Of a DNA stretch of 64,000 nucleotides, positions 42,710 to 57,387 are shown piece by piece. Location: assembly GCA_000320545.1 (NCBI GenBank), contig ADNK01000855.1, positions 20,658 to 84,657 of the forward strand, read 5' to 3'. Positions within the stretch are counted from its first letter, which is position 1. Every line of letters starts with the position of its first letter. This DNA is from Bigelowiella natans CCMP2755 (lineage: Eukaryota > Protista > Cercozoa). A program made the position numbers and the translations under genes. The notes beneath the pieces are model-generated. The model did not search any database. It had not been told where the DNA came from and worked only from the letters and a program-made list of their open reading frames with translations.

Positions 42710-44376
42710 GGCGACTTCCTGTTCAGGACACAGAGCCGGTGACGGTGGAGTTCAAGTTGTTTGCTGCCCTAAAAAAACCTGGCAAACACCACCACAGCAA
42801 TCAAAATTCACCATCTCTCCCCTCCCTCACATATGTTCTCGAATGAGCCTGTGGGGGGGCTCACACACACGCGCAACGAACCCACCCAAACGCGAATCAG
42901 CTGATGAGTTGACAGTGGCGAGGCGATGCGGATACCTGGGATACGTGTGGCGTCGACTCTAAATGCAGTTTGTTTTGGGATGACGCAAAGAGGAAAAGGA
43001 CTCTGTTTTCACTGTCGCCAATAAATAAAACGTCTTAGCTTGCCGTTTCTGTTGATAATTTGTTGGTGAACACGTCGCACCCCAACTATGCTCTACTGTC
43101 TTCATGGACTTCCAGATTCGACCATGGAAGAGAGGGACCAGCGTAGTCGAAGCTCTACGTCATGGGCCATCGCACGCATCATCCTTCCCCTCGAGGCCAA
43201 GGAATGCAGTGGTGTAGTCGTTTAGGCTCTTCGCCCTTGGAGAATTTTTCTTCGGAAGGGAGGTGATTCGTCGTTGTGATTGAAACCTGGCCAAAAAGCT
43301 CATTGTTGTTGTGTTGTGGATTTGACAGACGTCCTCGACGATTCTGTTTTGAAGAGCACAGAGAGGGAGAAATCTTACGTAATGCGTTCTCGGAGAGAGA
43401 TTATTTTCACACTGGTTGGTCCTAGCACACCACACTGAGAATGGAGATGAAGTTTTGCGACTGTAAAGATCAGACAGAATCAAAGATTGGCGAAGCGTTG
43501 CTTGCATTGTGATCCTGATACAGGAACTATTCGTTCTGGATCAATTTAAATATATATTCTAGAAGGGCGAAGAAAGAGCGTTGAAAAGGCATGTCCAAGT
43601 TTTTGTGCCAGCAAAATATTTCACAGCATGCAGCACGCACCATGCTAGCATGGCCTTCATGCACACACGTGGTCCGCCATGCACGTGCATGCGCATTGCA
43701 TAGGCCATTCTGTGCAGCTAGTCCACACGCATTGTGTAGAATTTATTCATACCGTTCGACTAGTCGTGATCTCAGTCTAGCAGTGCTTGTGCTAGTGTGG
43801 TACGTTGCTGCTATGTCACATCTGTGGACATTGCACAAACATTGTTCATTGTCGTTCTTGGTACTGTGAGTTATGCGTCGGCGCGGGTCGCATCTATACG
43901 CATTTAATATGCACGCGTAACAATTTATCACCATCTCGATGATTACATAAGAACCAATCAGCAGTGGTCTATCTAGCTATCTTTTGGTACGCGGAGACTC
44001 AGCATGCGCGTACACATTCTAGCTAGCTAGCAATACACTAATATAGCATGCATATCAAAGATATGCCTAAAAAGGTTGCATGGCTATCTAGCTATGTACA
44101 TTCACCTAGCTAGCTAGGCATGCGAGGCATAATACATGCATGCTAGCTATAGCATGTCTGATGTGGGCATGCTCTTGATGCTCTACGCATAGAGGTAGCA
44201 TATATATATATATATATATATATATACTCACGTTAGTTTTTTATATTCTTACTTCGCAAAGAACGCTCACGATGATAATATAGAATATAGTTACTATGAA
44301 GATTCTCGAACGATACGTTGCAGTTATCGTCAAAACTTGCTCTCCTGCGCTTGGTCGCTCTCTTGAATATGGCAAT

Positions 44377-45462
44377 TCAAGCAATGATATGCTTGAGGCT
44401 GTTCTCAATTGATTTCTGGTCGAGATCCTTCCCAATAAAGACGAATACGCTCTCTTTTTTTTCCCCCTCGGCCCATTCACTACCTTCCTCGATCTCCATT
44501 ATTTCGTGCACAGTGTGATAAACAAATTTGCTGTCACTCCCCGATGCGTACAGTAGTCCTTTCGATCGGTAAAGGTCCGCGCTTTTCTCCTGGTGGGGGC
44601 GGTGAAGTGATTAATAATAAATTTCAGCATACTAGCAATAACGTAGCACCACAGTTGAAAAGGCTATTTAGCTAGCGAGACTATTTACTACACCTGCAGT
44701 AGGTCGCGCATCCATTCTTGGAAGAGCTCCAAGTCCATCGGCGCCTTGATTCGTACGACGAAGGAACCTATCGACTCGTCATGGCTAGTTTGACGGTCTT
44801 CTAAGAAGTCAGACTGAATCTCCAATACGCGTTCCACCTGGAACGCGTTGATCTTCAAGAGATGCTTAGGATCCACCTTGCCTTAGAGGGGGGAGGGAAG
44901 GGAAAAGAAGGGGATAAGACGTGAAGAGGCTGCACATAAGGCATTGTGCCTTCTCGGTGGTTGTCGTCGGTCGTCATTGTTTTATTTTTCTTTCACTCAT
45001 TTTGACGTTGCAATTTGCAGATTTTTTTAAAGCCTGAAAACTGATGCTGTTCCTCTGACATCTCCCCTCTCTCACCTCTACTTATTACAACAGCGACTAA
45101 TTAATACCAGCGCTTACTACTAGCACGAATACCTCTTACGGTCTCGATCATCTTTGTACTTTTATTGATTTTCCTGACCATATCCTTGACTTCCTTTATC
45201 TTGTCGGGGGTGCAGAGATCAACCTTATTCAGTAAAACCACGTCGGCAAAAGCAAGCTGCTGCCTAGACTCGTTCACAGCTCCGTCCTGCTTTTTCTCTT
45301 CGAGGTTTTGCAAGATGTGCTTGCAATCGCAAACCTGATGATATGAAACCCCACCATCTCATCGTCATTACGTTACGCATACACCAGTTGAAGAAGAACA
45401 CAGTGAACCATCGCTTGAGTCATATTTAATTCATGAAGGGTAAACCACACACACACACACAC

Positions 45463-45507
<45 letters not shown>

Positions 45508-47647
45508 TACAAAAGCGGGAAACATACTGTCCCCTTCTGTTATCCTCATAACCGATAAGAAAAGGGAAGAAGCATCGGTGTATTATTTGTGAAATCTCGA
45601 GGGATGATATATTGTTGTATTCCATCCCCTACCACTTCTAATCCTACTCTACTAGTAGTATTACTACTACCGTAACGATCCCGTCTAGTTTCGCGATTTC
45701 CGAGATTTCCTGATCCATATAGAATGTCTGCGCCACAGGTGTCGGGTCTGCCATCCCCGTCGTCTCGACCAGAATACCGTCGAGGCCTTTATATCTAGGA
45801 ACAACAAAAATAGGGGAAGCCGGGGGGGAGGGGGGGGTTAGGATTGTCAGAGGAGAATAAACAAACACGAACATACAAAACGCACACAAAAATCACACCC
45901 TTCGCCCGCTGCTGCTTCTCCTTCCAACTCATTCCCTGATTTATTGATTCACTCTACCAAACTCACTTGTCGCAGAGCTTAATGATTGCTTGAATAAGGT
46001 CCCCTCTGACTGTGCAGCAGACGCAGCCATTCGACGCCTCGACAATCACCTCTTCAGGATTCTCCTTCTGCCCCCCTGCTACCAGCTTTCCGTCGATACT
46101 TTCTGAACCGAATTCATTCTCGATGACTGCAAGCTTCAGCCCATGCTTTGAAGATAAAATGTGGTTGACTAGCGTGGTTTTTCCGCTTCCTAAAAAGCCG
46201 GTGATGATTGTCACAGGCAGCCGCTTCGCATCACGCTCGGAGATCTTCTTCGAGTGTTCCACCTGGAGAAAGGTTTGAGGATGGGGAATGGCTATGATGA
46301 TGATAATGATGATGATGATGATGATGATAAATGTTAATGAGAACATAAATTACCTGCTCCTTAATGATTTCATAAGTTTCCTGCCACATATCGTTGCCAG
46401 GGTTGATTTCCAGCGCTCGTCCTACGTGCTTCGAAGCTTCCTTGTAGGCACCGAACTCCATCAGGGAGGATCCACGAACCCACAAAGTCGACGCATAGTT
46501 ATTCATTTCCGCCTGCATGCATAAACAAGTTTGACGCAATAAGCAAGCCCAATATATAAGATTTAAATGAGGTGAATCGAAGACTTATCCCAGCTATTTG
46601 AATTTGTATTACTTTGCTCGGTTTCTTGGTCTTAAACTGACGTTCAAATAGCTTGAGCGCACGGCCTGCATCTTGACTCGCATCAGAGAAGTTATTGAGC
46701 TTAAAAAATGTGATAGCTCGGTAATAGAGGATCAGCCACGTTGCGCCGCTGTAAAGAAGAAAACATAAATCATATGTCAACTACTCTTGTCGTCTACCAG
46801 GTTAGCGGCGAAATGCGAATGAATACCACCCCACACCTGATTTGTTCCAGTGCTTGTGCCGCACAATTAGGATCCTTTCGGATGTCTTCCTGGGAGGGAA
46901 AGCCCATGTTCTCCACGGCCTTCGTAAATATTCTCTGAGCATCGGAATTGCGTCCCATGTTGAAAAACTCTTGGCCTTGCTTAAACTGCTCATTCGCCTT
47001 CGGTATGTTCGCTTTAACTTTCCAAACATGGTGTTCATGTCCATGGCCGTCACCATGGCCGTGACCGTGGTGGCTATGTCCATGTCCTTCCTCCTTGCAA
47101 TCCTTGGTTTTTCAAGAAAATCGACGACAAGTGCTTTAGATAATAATAAGCTAGATGGTGAGGAGAGAAAGGAGAAGCACATGAAAGTTTATAGAGCTCA
47201 ATTCAAAGCACCAAGCCTTTCTCTGATGCGATGTACCTTTTTGTGGCAGTCGTCTTCTCCATGCCCATGGCCATCTTTATGCTTGTCTCCATGACCGTGT
47301 CCCTCCCCGTGTCCATGACCCTCACCATCCTTATTCTTATCTCCATGACCATGTCCTTCCCCTTCCTTGTGACCATCCCCGTGGCCATGGCCATCTCCAT
47401 GCTTATCTCCATGACCATGTCCCTCCCCTTCCTTGTGGCCATCCCCGTGTCCATGGCCTTTACTGTCTTTGTGGTTATCCCCGTGACCGTGACTCTCGGC
47501 CTCAATCTTACTATCACCAATTTCGCTTTTTGTGCGCTTCTCGGTCTTTTGAGCTTGCATTCCGATTCCTGCTTCCTCTCTGTCAATAGGTTGAAAAGAA
47601 GGAGATGATGGATTGCTACAACACACGATCCCAAGAATGCCGAGCAA
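44377..47647 (-). CDS. COG0523/CobW-family (ZNG1-like) metal-chaperone GTPase with an N-terminal His/Gly-rich region and TPR-like repeats
   Basis: LPVTIITGFLGSGKTTLVNHIL, LAVIENEFG, SNGCVCCTVRGDL (CXCC), ILVETTGMADP, QLAFADVVLLNKVDL, DLYRSKGLL, ESVFVFIGKDLD. N-terminal (GHGHGD/E)n repeats and TPR-like exons (FKQGQEFFNMGRNSDAQRIFTKA; YYRAITFFKLNNFSDASQDAGRAL; RGSSLMEFGAYKEASKHVGRALEINP). Exact start codon is uncertain. Confidence 0.92.
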
Positions 47648-48785
47648 CGAAACTTTGAGTACTCGCTTTTCGATTTCGAAAATTAGAGAAAGTTAGATTA
47701 TGCACAATATACCCAGATCTTTTGCCCATCCTATGGTCTAGTTGCTCGTGTTGTGCTCGCGCCGAAGAGGTGGGAGTATGCTCCGTAGAAAGATGAGGAG
47801 GTGCTCTTCCTGTGTTCTACCGCGTCGTAAATATTTTCATCGAAATCCAGATGGCAACTGTTTTTCTCCTTACGACAATAAGTATTACCCCTCTAAGGCA
47901 GATAAATACATAAATCGTTGTTCGATTTACTATTTCTGAAACCCGCCTTATACTTGCCAAGCTTCGCATCGGAAATTTGGTCCTTTTCAGAATTTTAAGT
48001 ATCTTTTTTATTATAAAGACAACAAAAAGTACAAGACGTAGATGCACATTACTTCTTTGTTGGATCGAAGTAAGTTAATACATAAAAAGTCACGCCGTGA
48101 AAAAATGCGATGTCCAAAACGATCCAGGGTTCTCTATCTGCGACATCATTGATTTCGATTTCCTACTAGCAGGATTTCTGTCGATCGGGGAAGCTCGTGG
48201 GGAAGTAAGACAAGCGACGTTTGACTAGGGCAGTTGATATTCATTGTAACCACATTTGCTGGGGCACGCAATACCTCAACTTCATTTCGGTTGCACACTA
48301 TTCAGTTGTTCTCGGTTCATAATATGCACCAAAACTGTACGAAAATTGTGCAGAGTGTCCAACAGAACCGCCCGATCAGGACCCACGCAACGCTGGGCCT
48401 CGGACTGGCTCATGGGCGCACTGCAAGCGTCTGCGTCCATCTTTCGATCCTCTTCTCGCTCTAGCTAACTCCGTAACGGCAGGCGTCTACTGCATCAATG
48501 CTACGCCGACTCGCATGGGCCCATATCTTCATAAATGCGATCGTCTTACTGGTAGTACATACCGAGCGTGTGTGTGCAGCAGCCAGATTCCAGACATTTA
48601 CATTTTCTACGTAACTATGTGCTTATGAAACATTACCCCACAGATCCGAGCAGGGCCATTTGTTCCCTCCAACCTCCAATCGTTGGTTCGGCGACGAGGA
48701 GGTGCGCACGGGCGCCGAGACAGGTGAAGAAAAATATATCAATTATCCTGAACGCACGCATCCTACATATCCATTACCATTGCAG

Positions 48786-48866
<81 letters not shown>

Positions 48867-48996
48867 CTCTCTCTCTCTCTCTCTGCCCCCCCCCCCCTCC
48901 TCCCTTCTCCCTCCCTCCTTTTGTCCTCCCTTATACCCTCTTTTGAAAATTCACTATCGCAATGACGTCATCAGCCTAAACATCCCACCTGTACCA

Positions 48997-49892
48997 ATGG
49001 GACACGGCAAGGCTATACTATCCCGGCTCAAAGGTGGAGAAGCATCTTCGATCTGCGACTCTCCGTCCATAGATGAGCGGGGTAAGGAGAGAAGCCACCG
49101 CAGAAGCAGTCGGCATAAAAGGGAGGAAAAGAGAAGGAAAAAGAAGAAAAGGAAAAAAGATCGCCAAAAATCGAAGAGACGGAAGCGACACCACAGCAGC
49201 AGCAAATCATCGCACAAGCACAAACGGAAAAGGAATCACCGAAGTTATTCTTCCAGCTCTTCCTCCTCCTCTTCTTCATACTCATCATCATCGTCGTCAC
49301 CACCACCGGACTCAACTTCGATAGCCCAATCTAAGCCGGCACCTTCGGCTTTGCGTACAGGTAAGCTACTGCTACCCTGCTAGTCGTGCTGTTGTCTTTG
49401 TTTCCATTACTATAGTTTCTATCGCGATTGCAGTTCTTTCAGTAACAAAAAATGCCATATTACAATTATTTTCAGGAGTCGGTGCTGCCGCTACTACACC
49501 AGCACCGACCACAGGCTCTGAGTGGAAGAAGAAGATAAAGAAAATCTCGGACAAGGATTATTACGGGAAGAATAAGGAGTTTGGTCTTTGGATAAAGCAG
49601 AATACTGGTCGGTCGTTTGCCGAGCTAAACAGCTTTGAGGTGTGTAAGTGCGGTAGAATCAGATCGCGATAGAAGACTGGAGAAGGAGAGTTAGCGATGA
49701 GCTGTATGTGATGATGGTGCGATAGGAGACTCGAGATGTCGTATCATCCTCCCTGCTATAAATATCATTGCGCAACTGCACACACAAGCACGCACGGCAC
49801 TCACTCACTCACTTGGTTTCTCTTTCTCGAAGGCAAACCGCTACTTCTCACGCTTCGTAGACCAATGGAACTCAGGCGCTTTGCCAAAAGAT
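48997..49892 (+). CDS. Style cell-cycle inhibitor 1 (SCI1)-like protein: K/R/S-rich N-terminus plus conserved C-terminal domain
   Basis: Exons give ...KKISDKDYYGKNKEFGLWIKQNTGRSFAELNSFE-ANRYFSRFVDQWNSGALPK, matching the SCI1 pattern D-Y-x-x-KN-x-EF-x-x-W...F-x-x-FV-x-x-WN-x-G-x-L. The 3' end is unresolved and may splice into the next feature. Confidence 0.6.
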
Positions 49893-50018
49893 GTACATAC
49901 CAGTGAACAAAGAGTGATGGATAATAACAATTCATTATAATATTTTTGAGCATTCGCTTTTATCTTCATCCATCACCAGCTGCTTTACTCTTATCATTGT
50001 CGTCATCATGCCATCAGA

Positions 50019-51763
50019 TGTACGGCGAGGAGGTGCTGGATGAAGGCGAGGCGTATTCGAAAGAGATGGCCCGTATTTGGTCATCCCAGGCCGAGAAATA
50101 CCAATCACGACAAAGGCATCCAGATATGGGTCTTTGAGCTGTGTATGCTGCTGTTTGCTGCTGCTGCTAGCCCTTCCGAGTCACCATTATTTCATCATCA
50201 ATTTTAAAGTACAAAAATGATCTGAACAGTAGCTGGAGGACCGCGGAAGAAGGGGAAGGATGGAGGCGGGGTATTGGATCCCTCAACAGTCGACAAACTC
50301 GTTGCTATGGAGCTGCAAGGAAGAGTGAGAACGATGGTATTATAATCGCACGAAACTGAGCGAAACAAAATAACCAGGGGGGGTGGGAGGGGGGATATTT
50401 TCCAACAATCCTACATTTCATTTGCCACAACCCCCGTCGTCAATCGCCAGTAGATATGTATATATGTATCCTTGCTCTTTTCGTGTGTTCTCTCTCCATC
50501 TACCATCTCCATGATTCATCATATTGTCTAATCACCTCCTCTTTTCTTGCAGAACTTAATGTCTGAGGAAGAATGCGCCTCGGTGCTCATCGCATTAGGC
50601 CCGGAGGATGCAGCCCACACTTGCATGCGTATCGAGAGGGATCTCGCCATATCAAGCGTGATTTCCATGGTAGAAATAAAATTGAATGATGATGGTGATG
50701 ATGATGATGATGATGGATGGTGGTGGTAGTGGTGGTGGTGATGTTGGATGATCTAATGGCAAGAAAGCTTTGAATTTCAACGTCGTGTGCGCGGTTTCAT
50801 CTGCAGGCGAAGAAAAATCCACAGGCGTGCGCAGCGACTTTGCCGCACTTCACGAGGGGATTTGCCGACAGTGTTTTGGAGAAAATGGACAGAGATCTGC
50901 AGCAAAGGGTAGGTCAAAAGTGTCGGCTGGGTTGATATTTTTCTCTTCTCCTTTATCTCAATATGCACACGTGCGTGTGTGTGTGCGTGTGTGTGTCATG
51001 GCGTATTGTGTGAGATACAATGTTTGGAGTCTGTGGATATATGTCTGTGCGTGTTTGTTGGGCATACTATAAGTGCGTCAAGAGTAGAAGGTAGATACAC
51101 AGAATGCTGGACTGCACGTACTTCCTTTCGAGGGTGTGTTCGGTTTCCCAGTGTATCTAATTCTGGCGCTATTTACTCCGTAGATCGTAGTTGCGAAGAG
51201 TGGCAGCGGAATGGTACAGCGGCCCCACAATCTCACTCACAGCAGCACATGTGCATCGACACAAAGAGAGACGGGTTTTGGGGGGGTTTGGGGGGGTGGA
51301 GATGGGAAGGGAAATGTCCAAACATGGTATTGTATTGCTTAGCGACACATGACATGAATCTCTTCATCTATTATATTCAAAAGCTCATCTTAACTCCTTG
51401 CTGAAACACCACCACCACCACCACTACCACTACCACTACCAGTCGATCTCAACCGACAGCGACTTCGAGTCCTCTCACCCCGAGCTCGCCCGGCTGTCCA
51501 CCGAGCAGCTGCGCAACGAACTAATGCAAAACAAGGGGTACGACAAGCGCTCACTACCTCTCACCGAGCAGCAGGTTTGGTTTGATGTGCGGTGGGGGGG
51601 GGACAGGAAAAGAGAGGGGGGGGGGTGGGTTATACCCTGGCTACTACTCAACACTCCTCACAAATAATAGCGTGTGGACATCGAGATGGAGAGACGCGCA
51701 GAACAAAGGCGGAAGCAACTAGAGATCAATCGCGCAATCAAGGTGTGTTTGTGTGTGTGTGTT

Positions 51764-51811
<48 letters not shown>

Positions 51812-52003
51812 TCTGAACGTCCACGATACAGGGATTATGATGCGAATATAACGATTGATGCAATGAGAGAGAAAACTTGGAAGGAGCAACAGTAAGGAGA
51901 AGGGGGAAGAGAATCTTTGAGGAATTTACAGCTTTCTGCATGTTTGCATCATAGTACATACCAACATTTTTTTTCATTTTTCCCACTATGATTCAAATAT
52001 CTC

Positions 52004-52056
<53 letters not shown>

Positions 52057-53956
52057 TAATATGTCCGGTTATATATACTCATTCGGCCCTAGCTGTGCTT
52101 TACGGAAGTTTTCTTCGCTCATTGAGATTTAAAATATCTTCGCTCTTGCACTGCGCGATCACGATGCAGTAACTAGCACACTACCGTCATGTCCATTACA
52201 GATGAATGAATGAACTCTACGATAGAAGAATCTTTAAAGCTGTTTTCGTAGAACGATTCTTCTCTTTTGCATCTATCCCCTCCATCTATTTTCGCTCTCT
52301 TCTTCGCTTCATCATGTGGGTAGGAAGGGAGCGCACCCGTGTTCCCTTCCTCACCTCCCCTGAGCTTTTCCATGCGTCCACGATAACCGAGAAAACTATT
52401 CTAGAAACATCGCGCGGATGACGAGGAGGACGATGATGACGAACAGCCACCACCACCTCCGCCTACCTCCTACGAAACAAAGAGAACTATGAAGGAGAAA
52501 ACCACGAGGGAGCCTTTCGGCTTGCATCGGGCTGCTGCTAATGATGGTGGTGGTGGTGGTGGTGCCACGAATGGTGTTGATAGCTACCAGCACGATCACA
52601 AGTACAAGGCGAAGAAGAAAAGCACGATAGTGCCAGAGCCGGCTGCACGGCACCAGCACCAGCACCAGCACCAGCGGCGGGTGCAGATGGAGGAGCAGCA
52701 TCCATTGCTGAATGACCTTACATTCCATGCATTCTCAGAGAAGGCGGCGGAGGATGACGACCCGACCGCCAGAGAGAGGAAGATGGGCGAGCACCGCCGT
52801 CGACTACCAAGTGTAGCTTCTCTCCAATCTACCCTCATGCCTCTGCCCACCGCCCAAACACAAACCTACGATGGCACTGCCATCATCGATGATGGCGACA
52901 ACAGAGAACCGAACAGCGCGTCTCCCACCAACCTTCTCCCCTCTCCTCCTCCCCCTCAACGTCGGCCTAAATGGGAAACCGATCCCATCGTAAGCCAGGC
53001 TCTGGCGAGGGAATCAGACGATGTCGAGGTGCAGGATCTACCGAGCCAGGACCCTAGCATCAACCTCTTGAAGCTCATCAACAGCCGCAACAACAACAAC
53101 AGCAGCAGCAGCAGCAGCAGCAGAATAGGGATGATGGCGTTAGATCCTGACGAGCTGTGGCGCACAACGAAAGGGAACATCGAGCTCGCCCCGCAGGCCG
53201 TGCAGGTTCCCAAGAGAAAGTGCCCGGGTGGAGAACCGTACATCGCTGCTAAGGTAGTGCAGCAGAAGTCACAAATAACTTGCTGCTGTGATGATAGGTT
53301 GACGTTATGAACCTCCCCATGGCCACGATCATTATCACCATCATCCTCATCATCCCCATCACCATTATCATCTTATTGCTATCATCCTGATTACGAAAGG
53401 TGCGGAAGAAACTCTCCGCATACGAGGCGGGCGCCGAGGAAAAGCTCAGCCGCTTATGGCCGACATTAAGCGCGAAATCGGAGCGACTTTCTGTCGCGCG
53501 TGCAATGCCGCCTGTGATCCCTGGCGTTTCTGTGCCAAAGGCTGACCTTGAAGTCTGGCCACCCGAAGGTACAGTCTCCCGCTTTACCTTCTTCCATAAA
53601 AAATTATGATAATATGATGTTTCTCTTTGGAAATATCGCGTTCGTCCCCCCCCCCCTCCCTCTTCCCCGCCCCCACACGCAGATGAAGCGCTATACGACA
53701 CGCAGTACTGACGGGAGAGCTGCTGCTGAAGTCAGAAAAGGGGAGTAAAGAGCGCGCCGTTCGAGGAAGAAAGTGGTTAAAGCAGAAGCAGAGGTAGGGC
53801 AAAGCAAGGAAAATAATGTAGTCTTCCTACATAGTCGCCCTCTTCCTCTGACTGAAATCATCATCTGCCCGAAATGGAAGCTGCTGCCGCCATCTTCACC
53901 GATCGCTTGTATGATGTGCATTCACGTCATGCTCGCCATCATCATTATCATCATCC

Positions 53957-53987
<31 letters not shown>

Positions 53988-54902
53988 ATACCGCTGCTGT
54001 GTACAACGGCTTCTCCTGCTCCATTTCCATTATCGTCGTCTGCCGAAGTGATAATACCGTCATCATCGTCACCATCGACACCCCTCAACCGCTGCAATGA
54101 ATTCAACCTTAAAAACTACCGTTCCATCTCCTTTTTCTTGTTCTTACATACACAGCAGCAGCAGCAGCAGCAACAACAACAACAACATGCATGCATGTAT
54201 GTTCGATTTTTTTGGAATGTAATGTTATTATTTACTACCATCATGTGCATCATACTACTATCGAGCGAAGGGGGGGGAAATAACTTGGGGGAAAGGCTTT
54301 GGTCGGGAGTAGTGGGTGTTGCGTACATGTGGAAGTTCTATGGTGCTCCTCCCTCTTTTTTTTAATTTTTCTTTTTCTCATTTATTCTGGGCTCTAGCTC
54401 TGAAGCGCGATAGAGCGAGAGACTCTCACACATCATTTTCAACTGTGGAAGATCTCATTCCATAACCCATCTCGTCCTCATCTTTCCCCCCTGCTGCTTC
54501 TCCTCTCCCTCCTCCTCTTCCTCCTCCTCCTCCTCCTCCTCCTCCTCCTCCAACTCCCTTCTTCCTTCGGTGCTGCACACCCCTTTTAATTGCCTAGGAG
54601 GGGCGACCTGTTCCCGGGACACGCGAGGCAAGAATGAAGCAAAAACGCCAAATTTCCAACCAGCACAGGGCTATTCGAGTACTACCTCACATCCTCCTCC
54701 TCCTCCTCCTCCTCCTCCTCCTCTTCCTTTCCCTCTTCCCACTGAATCAACGGTTGCAACTCACCGCCAGACGTACGTCTGGTTATATGCATGAGAATGA
54801 TGCTGCCCAACGTAGTAGGAGATAGATCTCCTCTAAGATACAGTACCTACTCTCAGAAATAGGAGAAGAAGAAGAAGAAGAAGAAGAAGAAGAAGACAAA
54901 AA

Positions 54903-54947
<45 letters not shown>

Positions 54948-55859
54948 ATACTGGATAGTGCACGCGCCCGCATGGACGCGTGCACACGCGCAAACGCAAG
55001 CACAGCATTCCATTTACCTCGTTGAGAGAGGCCATTCGTTCATTCAGCACCGCACCCCTAACTATTGAACGTGATATGATATCATCATCGCCGCCTCCGT
55101 GGTTGTGCGTGTCTCAGAATGAGCGCGAGGATCTTGTTCCTGATGTGGTACCTGGCATGGAGGACTTAGAGGGAGTTGGTGACGGTAGTAATATTATCAC
55201 TCGATCAACCTATATACAGCAAGAGCACGCACAAATTAAATGTTATATTATACATGCATATAAGCACGTCTACATCATAGAGAGGAGAGAGAGAGAGAGA
55301 AAGAGAAAAAGAGAGAGAGAGAAAGAGAGAAATTTCTCTTTTTCTTTCTCATCAATCTGTGCTGATCACAATCATAACAACAACAACAACAACAATGATA
55401 TACTAGATGCGCTCTTGCACGAACTCAAGATGCGCGAGCAACGCCGTCGGGATAGAGAGGAACGGCAGCAGCAGCAGCAGCGGCAGGGGGGACAGCAGGA
55501 AGTAAGAGGAAAGAGAAGAAGTGCGAAAATGATGACAAAGCGAGAGGAGATGCGCATGCAAGATGAGCAGGAGGAGCACGAGAAGAAGAAGCGCAATCGT
55601 CAAATGGCCGCCGAGAAGGCACGTGACGACGCATTCTACGACGGATATGAGAAGCAGCGCGAGGAGTACCTTGAGAAGCACCCTGCACTTCAGGAGGAGA
55701 GAAAGGAATACCAATACAGCAGTGAGGAGTGGAGAGAGGAGGAGGAGGGGGAGGAAAGTTGGGAGAACAGACGACCGCCACCACCACCGCCTCTAGCGGT
55801 AAGTTTCTACTTTTAGAGAAGTGATAGCAGCACGGGTCTTTCCGATCTTGTTATCATCG

Positions 55860-55893
<34 letters not shown>

Positions 55894-56416
55894 AATACCT
55901 TTCGCTTTGCTCTCCTCTTTTCCAGCCGGGGCATACCAACAGGCGTGGAATGGAGCCCCCCCCCCCCCCACCTCCACCTGCACCACCTCCTGGAGGTGAT
56001 GGGCGTGAAGGCGGGCATCACCACGACCTCCTCGCGTCTCTACGCGACGGTATCGTGGAGTCCCTTTCGGGAGACCACCCGCCTCGGCGAGCTGGAGAAA
56101 CAACAGGCAGAGAGGAGGAGGAGGGGGGGGAGGAAGAAGGGAAGAAGGGGGAAGCTGAAAATAATGATAATAATAATGAGGGGGAGGAGGAGAACGCGGC
56201 TGCAGCTGCCGCTGCTGTTGTTGCTGCAGTGGGGCAAGAGGAATTTGACATTGAGGAGAGGGAAGAAAGGCTTCGGGAGGAAGATGACGAAGGGATGGCG
56301 AGACGGCAGCGCCTCGCGGCATACTTGGATAAATCTGGCAATTCGCAGAACCCTTATGCAGAGGAACCACCGGTTTGCTCCTCCTCATCCCCAACCTCTA
56401 CCCCCACCCACCCTCC

Positions 56417-56460
<44 letters not shown>

Positions 56461-57387
56461 ATTCCCAGTTGTTGCCGTTGCATGCTAATAAACCATCCTT
56501 CCTGATTCTTCACGTTAACCCTGCTGCTCCTCCTCCTCCTCCTCCTTCTCCCCCTCCTCTCTCTCCCCATAGGAAGGGATGCAGGCTTTCATGATGGAGA
56601 GGAACGGGGACATGAAGAAGATGAACTTCGACGATCATCCTGAGCTGCTCAAGACGCCCTCGGAAGACGAAGACCCCCTTCCGGATAGAGTCTTTATCCC
56701 CACAAAGACAAAATGGCCGGAACCCCCCCCCCCCCATGCTCCAAAGTCGGAGGCGTACAAGGTACCCACATTCACTGTTTTCCCACCCTGCCCTCTCCCT
56801 CGTTGGCCCAATGGATCACCACACGCACTGATGATGACGCTTCGAAAAGTTCAAAGTACGTGGGGACTCAATCGAAGTTATCGATATTTATTTATCTCTC
56901 CTTCTACCGATTGGTTAGCGCTGGGAACAGCTGGAGGGCGATTTTGATCTGGATGAAGATATGATGAGGAATACCGACATCCTTTACAACCGCTACGGCG
57001 ACGAGAACTATATCCATCGAAGGGGCCGTCGGGACGAGGAGGCTTCGCTCCCTCCAAAGTCGTTCCGCCCTTATATCTGCATGTGAATGCACGTTGTAAC
57101 ATTCATATCCGTGTAGGAGCTTCACCCACCGATTCTCTGACAGATAATGACATGTACTGCACCCACGCCTTATGGTTTTTTCTAGATTTCGTGATGGCGG
57201 TTCGAGTCCCGAAGGGCAGTCTGAAAATAGAACCAGGACGCAAGACAGGCAGAAAAGAAAGAAATGGTGGTTAGACGACGATGACTATGATGACCTGAAC
57301 AAGCCTGTCTCTACGGGAATTGATCTTCAGCAGGCCGAAATTAGCGACGACCAGTTTGAGTATGGAGTCGATCTCGACAAAGATTGA
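50019..57387 (+). CDS. Large uncharacterised acidic/coiled-coil multi-exon gene (possibly two genes, or a continuation of the SCI1-like gene)
   Basis: Numerous GT-AG-bounded open exons (e.g. 51441-51574, 52489-53265, 55405-55798, 55950-56370, 56573-56762, 57186-57387 ending ...EYGVDLDKD*). No family recognised. Confidence 0.5.

Noticed and set aside
48568-48996. 5' half of the 271-aa ORF 48568-49383
   Set aside because: It runs through a long (CT)n tract (SLSLSL...) flanked by a GT donor, so it is probably intronic; only the part from 48997 is convincingly coding.
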